Below are positions 27,289 through 37,449 of a DNA stretch of 64,000 nt, piece by piece. The translations under genes were made by a program, and so were the position numbers. Under the pieces are notes generated by a model that worked only from the letters and a program-made list of their open reading frames with translations, did no database searches and had not been told where the DNA came from. The stretch is from positions 207,514,001-207,578,000 of the forward strand of contig OX597815.1 of the NCBI GenBank assembly GCA_951406725.2, written 5' to 3'. The DNA comes from Octopus vulgaris (Eukaryota). Numbering within the stretch: the first letter of the stretch is position 1; every line of letters begins with the position of its first letter.

Positions 27289-27480
27289 TCATATTGACAT
27301 TTCTGTGATAACGATCCCTATTGATCAATTTTTTTCCTCTCCCCCTTTTTTTAACCCCCCCTTTTTTGTCCTCTTTCTCTCCTTTTACGATCCCTTTTGA
27401 TCGACCCCCCCCCTTTTTTTATTTTTTTTTTTTATTTTTATTTTTTTTTTTTTACCTTCAAAAGAAAAGCTCTACCTTGT

Positions 27481-28996
27481 TAGTTAGTTAGTTGGTTAGT
27501 TAGTTAATTTGGCTCAAAAGCAAATAGCAAGGCCATGTAGGGGGACATGGAGTTAAGTACAGGGTGGTGTTCATGTAAAGAGTTCAGGCCACTTGAGGTC
27601 CAGGGAGGCTTTGAACAAAGCGGTCGTCGGCATCTTCACCATCTCGTCTGGCAGCTTGTTCCACGGATCCGCAACCAGGACGGAGAAAGCTCCTCTCCTT
27701 CGATTGAGATGAAATCGTCGCAGGTAGAGCTTTTCGGAATGACCCCGCAGCCGACGCTCTGGAGCAGGAGTGAAGAATAGCTCTTTCGAGAGGTTACACT
27801 TTCCGCTTATAATGTTGTGGGCGAGAATGAGATCACCACGGCGGCGGCGTTTTTCAAGAGAATAAAGGTCGAGGGTCCTCAGCCTTTCTTCGTAGGACAA
27901 ATTTTTGAGACCATGAACCATGCGGGTAGCCAGCCTCTGGACTCTTTCGAGGTGCTGTATGTCTTTGAGGAGATAAGGAGAAGAGGCCTGAATCCCATAC
28001 TCCAATATGGGTCTCGCCAGCGTGACATAGAGTGGTAGGAATATGGCTGCTGTGAGCATTCCGAATGACCGTCGAATCAAGAACAGAATTCCGCGTGCTT
28101 TGTTGGCAGCATGGACGCACTGGGCCGAAGGCGAAAAGAAGGAATCCACCAAGATACCCAGGTCCTTTACCTGATGGGTCCTCTCCAGCAGCAGACGACC
28201 CGGCTCGAAATCAAGTTGAGTTGCAGGAGTAGAGCCGACAGGCAGATGACAGCACTTTGACACGTTCAGACACAGGTCCCAATCGTTAGACCACTTCCAA
28301 ATTTGGTGGAGGCATCGACGAAGATCCTCTATATTACCGCGAGGAGCGACCAGTTTGATATCGTCGGCAAATAGAATGGTGTGTTGCGTTAGGTCGTCGG
28401 GCAAGTCATTTATGAAGACTAAGAACAACAAGGGCCCAAGCACTGAACCTTGAGGCACGCCACTGCTCGCACTGGAGACGTCGGACCGCGAACCATTAAC
28501 TTGGACTTGGAAGGAGCGATCTGAGAGGAAGGCACCAACCCATCGTATAATATCCGGATGGAAACTATATGCTTGAAGCTTGACAAGTAATAGGCGGTGG
28601 TTTACCGAGTCAAAAGCTTTGGCAAAGTCCAATAAAACGATGTCAACAGCATCACTATCATCGAGGATGCGCGTCACCAATTCTTCCATTACTAGTAAGT
28701 TGGTCAAGCATGATCTCTTCGGCACGAAGCCGTGTTGGGAATCAGAGATAGAGGCTGTGTTTAGGAGGTGGAGCATCATACTTTTCTTAAGGATGGTTTC
28801 GAACATCTTGCTGATTATTGATGTAAGGGAAACCGGTCGGTAGTTAAGCGGGTCTTCGCGGCTCCCTTTCTTGAAAATTGAGCAGATTATCGCTGTTCTC
28901 CAGTCTGCAGGTATAACAACCGTCGCCAATGACATATTGAATAGTCGTGTTAAGGGCTCGCAGATGACCGGAGCCAACGCTTTGATAACCCGTGGG
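27481..28996 (-). mobile_element. CR1-clade LINE, 5'-truncated, (TAAC)n tail
   Basis: Contains the intact RT frame; short 3' UTR then (AACT)n repeats; sharp junctions inside the Tx1 UTR. Confidence 0.92.
27571..28977 (-). CDS. CR1-type reverse transcriptase, partial ORF2 (468 aa, no endonuclease domain)
   Basis: Motifs NYRPVSLTS, QHGF, LDFAKAFDSVNH, SGVPQGSVLGPLLF, LFADD, KDLGI, LERVQRLATR; frame stays open up to the truncation point, so the annotated start is not a true start. Confidence 0.93.
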   Translation of the reverse strand: MAPVICEPLTRLFNMSLATVVIPADWRTAIICSIFKKGSREDPLNYRPVSLTSIISKMFETILKKSMMLHLLNTASISDSQHGFVPKRSCLTNLLVMEELVTRILDDSDAVDIVLLDFAKAFDSVNHRLLLVKLQAYSFHPDIIRWVGAFLSDRSFQVQVNGSRSDVSSASSGVPQGSVLGPLLFLVFINDLPDDLTQHTILFADDIKLVAPRGNIEDLRRCLHQIWKWSNDWDLCLNVSKCCHLPVGSTPATQLDFEPGRLLLERTHQVKDLGILVDSFFSPSAQCVHAANKARGILFLIRRSFGMLTAAIFLPLYVTLARPILEYGIQASSPYLLKDIQHLERVQRLATRMVHGLKNLSYEERLRTLDLYSLEKRRRRGDLILAHNIISGKCNLSKELFFTPAPERRLRGHSEKLYLRRFHLNRRRGAFSVLVADPWNKLPDEMVKMPTTALFKASLDLKWPELFT

Positions 28997-29045
28997 TGTA
29001 ATTTGTTCTATCTGTGTGCAGCCCTGTGTGGCTAATAAAGAAACA

Positions 29046-29345
<300 letters not shown>

Positions 29346-29665
29346 CAATTTTTTTTCTGAGGAAATTACAAACCCATCACAGTTTAATTAATTACGTATC
29401 AACTATGCAATAAGGCTACAAATAATCTCATTAGTTGAAATTTACAGAAAAACAAAAGACGAAGACAGGTATACATTATTTACATTATTTACATTTAAAG
29501 TTTTTAAAGTAACAGTATATTCAAAGTTTCATCGCTGCCAATTTGTCATTGGATATATGCATTTATACGTTTATGTGTGTAGGTATACATATGCGTATAT
29601 ACTTGTGTATATGTATGTGTAGGTGTATGTAAGTATATATATGCGTGTTTGTGTCCGTGTATGTA

Positions 29666-29703
<38 letters not shown>

Positions 29704-30307
29704 CTATACACATATATGCACACATGTATATATATACATACATATATATAAACAAACATGACATATATATACATACATACATACATACATACATACACAC
29801 ACACATACATGTACAAATGACAAATACAAATATATGAGAGAGAGAGAGAGAGAAAGAGCGAGAGAGAGAGAGAGTGGGAGAGAGCATGCGGACATTTTCT
29901 GTACATATAACACCATACAAATTTCAAGTGGTATTGGCTGATACGATGGTGATATTTTGTAGAAGGGTGGGAAAAGTCCCACATTTAGAATCAATTGTGT
30001 GGCAAATACATCAACCTAATGGTGATAAATTTAGAGAGAGCAGCTGTTCAGAGCAGAATTTCAATTTCGTATATAAAATTGGTGCATCGCAATAAATAAA
30101 GTCTATTGCTTGTTATAGCATTTATTAGTTTCATCAGTTCAGTCAAAGATCTTTCAACTACTTGACCGTTCCCTATTCATTCATTCATTCAAGTAACGGT
30201 ATTCTTAAGAACGGCGAGTAGACTACAGGAGCTCTTTTCATTAACTCGAATTGACAACTTGAATTATGAACTGAGCACAGAGTCGAACAATCAATAGAAT
30301 GAACTCT

Positions 30308-30650
30308 GTGTGTATGTATGTATATATGTATGAATGTATGTATGAATGTATGTATGTATGTATGTATGTATGTATGTATGTGTGTATGTATGTATGTATA
30401 ATGTATGTATGTATAATGTATGTATGTGTGTATGTATGTATGTATAATGTATGTATGTATGTATGTATGTATGTATGTATGTATAATGTGTGTATGTATG
30501 TATGTATGTATAATGTGTGTATGTATGTATAATGTATGTATGTATGTATGTATGTATAATGTGTGTATGTACGTATGTATGTATAATGTATGTATGTATG
30601 TATGTATGTATGTATGTATGTATGTATGTATAATGTATGTATGTATGTAT
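30308..30650. repeat. (TATG)n microsatellite with TATAA interruptions
   Basis: Read directly. Confidence 0.95.
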
Positions 30651-30950
30651 GCATTTTTCTATCTATCTATCTATCCCTCCCTCCATCTGTCTATTTATTT
30701 GCCCACTTATGTATCCATCTCTATGCGTCTCTCTCCATATGTCTCTCTGTCTATCCATATATCTACGTATCAAGAATTTATATCTCTCTCAGTCTATCGA
30801 TTTAGCTATCTATCGGTCTATTTATTTATCTAATTATCTATTCATTTATCTATCCATACAACTATATATCCATGAATTTGTTTATCTTTTTCATCTACCT
30901 GTCTTTTTATCTATTTATTTATAATTTATCCATCTCTCTCTCTCTCTCTT

Positions 30951-31016
<66 letters not shown>

Positions 31017-31191
31017 CAATAGAAACTTAGGTAAATAGATGAATGGGTAAAAAGACAGCTATTCAGATACAAAAGACTAACAATGAGTCATAAATTTTAA
31101 TAGGTAGGCGGGCTATGTGAAAAGGTTGGTTAATATTTGGGTGCGGGTGGCTAACGATATATGTATGTATATGTAAGTTTTTTTGTATTAT

Positions 31192-31230
<39 letters not shown>

Positions 31231-31244
31231 ACTTCCTTGTGTTA

Positions 31245-31281
31245 CCTTCTGTTGAAGAGCGTAGGCTCGAAACGTAAAAGA
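31245..31281 (+). ncRNA. Minimal hammerhead-like motif with variant core
   Basis: CCTT-CTGTTGA-A-GAGCgtagGCTC-GAAAC-GTA-AAAG; core A6 replaced by T; the downstream sequence recurs inverted at 29432-29472. Confidence 0.5.
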
Positions 31282-31356
31282 CTTACCTTCCCGAGTGTCA
31301 AACACTTGCTTGTCGTTTATACACCTGTCTTTGTCTTTTGTTTTTCTGTAAATTTC

Positions 31357-31433
<77 letters not shown>

Positions 31434-31749
31434 GAACATTATTACTCATGAGAGATAACAATGTTAGTGGCCGCAAGCTTAAAACCGTAAAGACAAAATT
31501 AGTAGATATATATATATAAGAATTATATATAACAAGGGTACCAAGAAGCACCAGCTTTGCTAAAAATAAGAGTAAAATATAGGAGTGACTTCGGAGTATT
31601 TCTTTACTCCTATTTTTAGTAAGGTTGGTGCTTCTTGGTGCCCTATATATATAGGGGCGCATACGGTGCATTATATAGAACAAATAAGGATGTCAGTGCT
31701 CATTACAGATTGTAGAGAATATTTTATTGAGACTGAAGCTGAGGGTTGC

Positions 31750-31790
31750 TTCGCGACTCGAGTTTCACGCATTTTAGATCTTCAGGCGAA
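31750..31790 (-). ncRNA. Minimal type I hammerhead motif, stem II decayed
   Basis: TTCGC-CTGAAGA-tctaaaatgcgt-GAAAC-TCGA-GTC-GCGAA: perfect 5-bp stem I, palindromic stem III, GUC triplet. Confidence 0.7.
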
Positions 31791-31872
31791 ATCGCAGTGG
31801 CGTGAATGTCGAGTTGCAAGACAAACCCTCCTCTATACATGTGTGTGTGTGTGTGTGTGTGTTAAATAAAAG

Positions 31873-32431
31873 GAGACAACAAAGCCAAGGCAGTGTGAAA
31901 TTTCTAAGACATTTATAAAGAGAAAAGTAGTCTTAACAGCTGTTTCAGGGATATAAAGGATATCTCCTCATCAGAGACGATATGTGAGAGTTAAATAGTT
32001 GAGTTCAATATAAGAAGTTATTTGGGAAAAGGAGAGATAAAAGAAGTATAAAGGGAAATGTGAGAATAAAGATATATACTGGATGCTACACGTCCAGTTT
32101 CATTATCCAAGGAAGGTGCTGTGTAGAATGAGTAAAGAGGCTTCTTGCCCGTGGTATATCGCCTCTCTACCCATTCTATACAACACATTTCTTGGATAAT
32201 GGAATTTTAACTGTAACATCCAACATATATTTTTATCCTCATATTTCTCTTTATACTTCCTATTTCTCTCCCTTTCCAAAATAACTTCTTATACTGAACT
32301 CTACTATTTACTTCTATTTAACTCTCTTATATCGTCTCTGATGATGTGATATCCTTTATACCCCTGAAACAGAATTTCTTTCTCTTTATAAATGTCCTAG
32401 AAATTTCACACTGCCTTGGCTTTGCTGTCTC
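31873..32431. mobile_element. ~560-bp palindrome, Penelope-like inverted terminal repeat with a hammerhead motif in each arm
   Basis: Arms 31873-32141 and 32161-32431; CTGATGA...GAAACAG in both arms. Confidence 0.8.
31930..31978 (-). ncRNA. Minimal hammerhead motif
   Basis: GTCT-CTGATGA-GGAGATATcctttATATCCCT-GAAAC-AGCT-GTTA-AGAC; one extra T at the cleavage triplet. Confidence 0.65.
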
Positions 32432-32509
32432 ATACTATTATCGAACCAGGAGTCTAACACAGCACTTACACAGCCTTACCTGCATTTTGGGTCTTCTGGA
32501 TACCAAAAC

Positions 32510-32555
<46 letters not shown>

Positions 32556-32687
32556 AGTTCAGTCAAATTTAGATTCAGATAAATATGGTACTTAAGTTGA
32601 AGGCAGCAGAATTTAGTATGGTATTATCCATATAATTTAAAATAAGGTGATTATAATCAAAATAAGCAACAAGGATATCCAGAGGTA

Positions 32688-32776
32688 ATGCAGTACGATC
32701 GTTTCATGCGACTCCATTTAATTGAACAATGCAAACATTACATCAATTTAAAATGTAGAGCAATCTTCAGCTGCAT
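32688..32776 (-). ncRNA. Type I hammerhead motif with long stem II
   Basis: ATGCAG-CTGAAGA-long imperfect hairpin-GAAAC-GATC-GTA-CTGCAT: perfect 6-bp stem I, intact core, GUA triplet. Confidence 0.75.
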
Positions 32777-32989
32777 AAAAATATAGAATTTAGTTAAATT
32801 CAAAGGACTCATTTGTATAATTTATTTTATCCCTCTGTGTCTTAAACGTATACGATTTTTATTCGTCGTAATTTACAATGCATTTTTCATTTATTACATA
32901 GATATGTATATACACTTAAATACCTACTTACGTATTCATATACATATATATAAGTACGAATTTATATTATATATATATATATATATATA

Positions 32990-33439
32990 TAGTACGCTTA
33001 TATATTTGTTGTGCAAGATTTTTTATGTGAAGTCGTGTGTTGAAACAGATATTGTTATATTTCGGAATATATAATACGTGTGTTTTTATTGGCTAAACTG
33101 GCAAAATGACATTCCGAAATATAACAACATGTGGCTGTGTGGTAAGTAGCTTGCTAACCAACCACATGGCTCCGGGTTCAGTCCCACTGTGTGGCATCTT
33201 GGGCAAGTGTCTTCTGCTATAGCCACGGGCCGACCAAAGCCTTGTGAGTGGATTTGGTAGACGGAAACTGAAAGAAGCCTGTCATATATATGTATATATA
33301 TATATATAGTACGTTTATATATTTGTTGTGCAAGATTTTTTATGTGAAGTCGTGTGTTGAAACAGATATTGTTATATTTCGGAATATATAGTACGTGTGT
33401 TTTTATTGGCTAAACTGGCAAAATGACATTCCTAAATAT

Positions 33440-33447
<8 letters not shown>
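32990..33447 (+). repeat. ~140-bp direct repeats flanking the 5' half of a SINE A
   Basis: 32990-33130 matches 33307-33447; SINE A head at 33131-33290. Confidence 0.88.
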
Positions 33448-33490
<43 letters not shown>

Positions 33491-33802
33491 AGAAAACGTA
33501 CACGTATTCACACACATTAATACCTATCTCTATGCTTTATGTGTGTGTGTGTGTGTGTGTTGGCTGTGCACATGATCTCGTACACTTATACACACATACC
33601 AATATACTTAAGTATCATCTCTGACTACTCTGTTACTGCTGACACAATGCAATCAATCACATGGGGAGAGTGGATGAAATTGTAAGCTAGGGAGCGAGAG
33701 TGAGGGAGGAAGGGAGTAACAGCTCGGTTGTGAGAATGCCAGACTAGCCATCACTCTGTGTTTATGTATGAGAGCGTTTGGTATGAGCACAAATATATAC
33801 TC

Positions 33803-33846
<44 letters not shown>

Positions 33847-35269
33847 AGAAAATATGTGAGTTTAGACGAGCAGGGAGCATCGTAGTAAGATTAAATGGTA
33901 GATACATTGAAGACAAGTCGTTGGTGAGAAGTTCAATGGCTGCCATGTTTTTTTGTTGAGTGAAAAAATTTTCTTTTCAGCAAATAAAATTTGAAAATTT
34001 TGAATTCAGAAGTCAAGAATGTATCTATTGTCTGAGCATTCCCGTAAATGTATTGAGTAAACAAACATTCGTCTCTCGAGCAGAACTGAAGTATTTTACG
34101 ATTATGAAATATAAATTCAATCTTTGTGAAGCTAGATTGATTGTTTGTTATAACGTGTAATAACGGAGAGCTGTAACCACGTTTCTTAATACATAAATAT
34201 AGAGACAGTTTTAACAGCGACAGAAATTATAGTTAATCCAAGTAGTTATCACACATAGTTTTAACTTTCCCTTTGGAATCAATTTTGGCTTTCATCGACT
34301 ACAGTCTTAGTACAATATTTACTAGTGATATATCTATATTGACTTAATTGATCGTATCCACTTTCTAATAAAAATTTTGCTTCTTGTGTCCACTCAAAAG
34401 GAAATGAATGATTTGCCAAAAGAAAGTTTCAGGCCAACAAAAGAATAGATTCAGTGTTAGTTGTTTTTAGTTGGTTTCCGAGCCAGGTATCAATATTTAC
34501 AACACGATATTGCCTATGACAGTTATTTACACAATTAGCTACTTTTCAGAAACCTTAACACAGTGCGCAGATTGATATTGAGAGTCGCTGTCTTCTATCA
34601 CTTAACCTAATGCTATAAACACATGAGTCAACAATGCCCAGTAAAAAGACTTATCCTCTGTACAGCTTTTATGTATCTCACTTCATTTCTTAAGTATAGA
34701 CCGGACTCGTTGATAGCTTCAAAAATACTTCAAGAACACTTTAAGAAAACCGTCAGTTAAAATCGTTTGTGAATTGTTTGAAAAAGATTCTTTTATATGA
34801 ATATTTCTTTTATCGAAATAAATGAAATGGATGCAGAAAGGGAAGTCCATTCAGTAAGCTATGAAACGAAACAGCTTCGGTTCTCTTCAAAACACTTTGC
34901 AAGTCTAAAAAGAATGCAACTGGCAGAGGTTCAAAAGAATCGCTTTTGTGTCAGCATTTTCGATGAAGTTCGTAAAGAATCTCTGACAGCATAAAGAAAT
35001 GCATTGAAGTCTCAGACTTGATGCAAACAATGATAATGTTAGCAAATTAATGCGTAAACGGTGGAGTGGGGATAAGAAATCAGGGAAATTGGAAAGGACA
35101 GCTATGGGTTAAGGAAAGCGAGATAACGAGGGAATGACTTACACAGCTACATACACACACACATGCCCACCCACCCCTACACTTACATAGACACGCACGA
35201 ATATACGCATACACACATATATACATGTGCGTGTGCGAGGTGGGGGTCGTGTGCGTACGTTTGCGCGCG

Positions 35270-35353
35270 TATATATATATTTATATATATACCTATTTAT
35301 ATATATATATACATATACATATATATATATATATGTATATATATATTTATATT

Positions 35354-35384
<31 letters not shown>

Positions 35385-35414
35385 ATTTATATTTATATAT
35401 ATATATACATATAC

Positions 35415-35472
<58 letters not shown>

Positions 35473-35487
35473 ATGTATATATATATT

Positions 35488-35521
<34 letters not shown>

Positions 35522-35608
35522 ATATATGTATATATATATATTTATATATATACATATACATATATATATATTTATATATATATATTATATATATACATAT
35601 ATATATAT

Positions 35609-35696
<88 letters not shown>

Positions 35697-35768
35697 CATA
35701 TATATGTATATATATATACATATATATACATGTATATATATATTTATATATATACATATATATATATA

Positions 35769-35800
<32 letters not shown>
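35270..35800. repeat. Long degenerate (TA)n tract
   Basis: Read directly. Confidence 0.95.
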
Positions 35801-36049
35801 GGCAATAATAAATCTGAGTGATGGGTGTGTGTGTGTGTGTGTGTGTGTAAAAAGTAGCGAGCTGGCGGAATCATTAGCACGCTGGACAAAATGAATAGCA
35901 GCATTTCGTCCGCCTTTACGCCCAGGGTTCAAATTTCGCCAAAGTTGGCTTTGCTTTACATCCTAAAATACCAATGGAACACGGGTCCACGTAATCGACT
36001 AGCTCGTCCTCCAAAATTGCTGGCCTTGTACTTGTAGGATTCATATATA

Positions 36050-36283
36050 AATTCCTGTATTGCCGACAGGGGGCTAAACATAGAAGGGACAAACAAGGAC
36101 AGACAAAGGGGTTAAGTCGATTACATCGACCCCAGTGCGTAACTGGTTCTTATTTAATCGACCCCGAAAGGATGATAGCCAAAGTCGACCTCGGCGGAAT
36201 TTGAACTCAGAACGTAACGGCAGACGAACTACTGCTAAGCATTTCGCCCGGCGTTCTAACGGTTCTGCTAGTCCGCCACCCTA
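36050..36283 (-). mobile_element. SINE B, long tail, 15-bp TSD
   Basis: TSD TAGGATTCATATATA at 36035-36049 and 36284-36298; an older plus-strand B copy lies at 35855-36030. Confidence 0.88.
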
Positions 36284-36619
36284 TAGGATTCATATATAGG
36301 CACATGTACACACACACACACACACACACACATGCACATACACACACTCACACATATGCTCGCACACAAACGCACATACACATCCTCAAACACATATGTA
36401 CACATACAAGATACTTACTTACACATATACACACAACAGACGAGAAGCGAAAGGCTATGCGTGCACAAAATCAAGTTGTGTTTGTATATATGTAAAATAA
36501 ACTTCCGAGGTAAAGAAGGATAAAAGGCAAGAAATAATCGTTATTAACATCTACATTTGAAAATTATAAAAAGAAAATTTAAAAGCTTAAAAGCAAGACA
36601 AACAGAAGACTATAATAGC

Positions 36620-36880
36620 AGCACAAGATAGGGCCAGTTTCCCGGTTTCCTTGGCGTATAGATTCCCCACCTGGACGGGACACCGGTTCGTCACAGGTGG
36701 GCTGCAAGATGCACGAAGATGCAGGAGAAAGTTGTGGCCAAAGAGTCAGCAGAAGTTTGCCATGAGCCGCGTGAAACTTAGGTGTTTCGCTCATAAACAC
36801 ACATATCGCCCGGTCTGAGATTCGAACTCGCGATCCCTCGACCGCCAGTCCGCTGCTCTAACCACTAGGCCATGTGCTTC
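36620..36880 (-). mobile_element. SINE family C with V-like tail
   Basis: Homologous to 15-316. Confidence 0.85.
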
Positions 36881-36959
36881 CATATATATATATGGAGGCA
36901 GCAATTTTGAGGAGGGAATGAGTCGATTACATCGACCCCAGTGCTCCACCGGTACGTGT

Positions 36960-37272
36960 GAAGGCGCGTGGCTCGGGCATTCGGCTCACGATTGTAATGT
37001 CGTTAGTTCAATTCCCGGCGACGCGTTGTGTCCTTGAGCAAGACACTTTATTTCACGTTGCTCCAGTCCACTCAGCTGGCAATAATGAGAAGAACCTGTA
37101 TTTCAAAGGACCGACCTTGTCACACTCTGTGTCACGCTGAATCTCCCCCAGAACTACGTTAACGGTACACGTGTCTGGGGAGTGCTTAGCCACTTGCACG
37201 TTAATTTCACGAGCAAGCTTTTCCGTTGATCGTATCAGCTGGGGCCCTCGTCGTCGTAACCAATGGAGTACT
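36960..37272 (+). mobile_element. SINE with D-type head and the tail seen at 11950-12130
   Basis: GAAGGCGCGTGGCTC...GTGTCCTTGAGCAAGACACTTTATTTCACG then CTGTATTTCAAAGG...CCCTCGTCGTCGTAACC. Confidence 0.8.
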
Positions 37273-37449
37273 CCTTTTATATATATATGTATATATGTAA
37301 GGCGAGCTGGCAGAATCGTTGGCACGCAGGACGAAATGTTTAACAGTATTTCGCCCGTCGCTACGTTCTGAGTTCAAATTCAGTCGAGGTCGACTTTACT
37401 TTTCATCCTTTCGGGGTCGATAAAATAAGTACCGTTTGAACTCGTGAGA

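Larger units (their letters stand above)
27288..29046 (+). mobile_element. Second copy of the same Tx1 3' UTR, split by a CR1 insertion
   Basis: 27288-27480 matches 26966-27187; 28997-29046 matches 27185-27234. Confidence 0.85.

Noticed and set aside
35139-35821. YI-repeat ORFs
   Set aside because: (TA)n microsatellite artefact.
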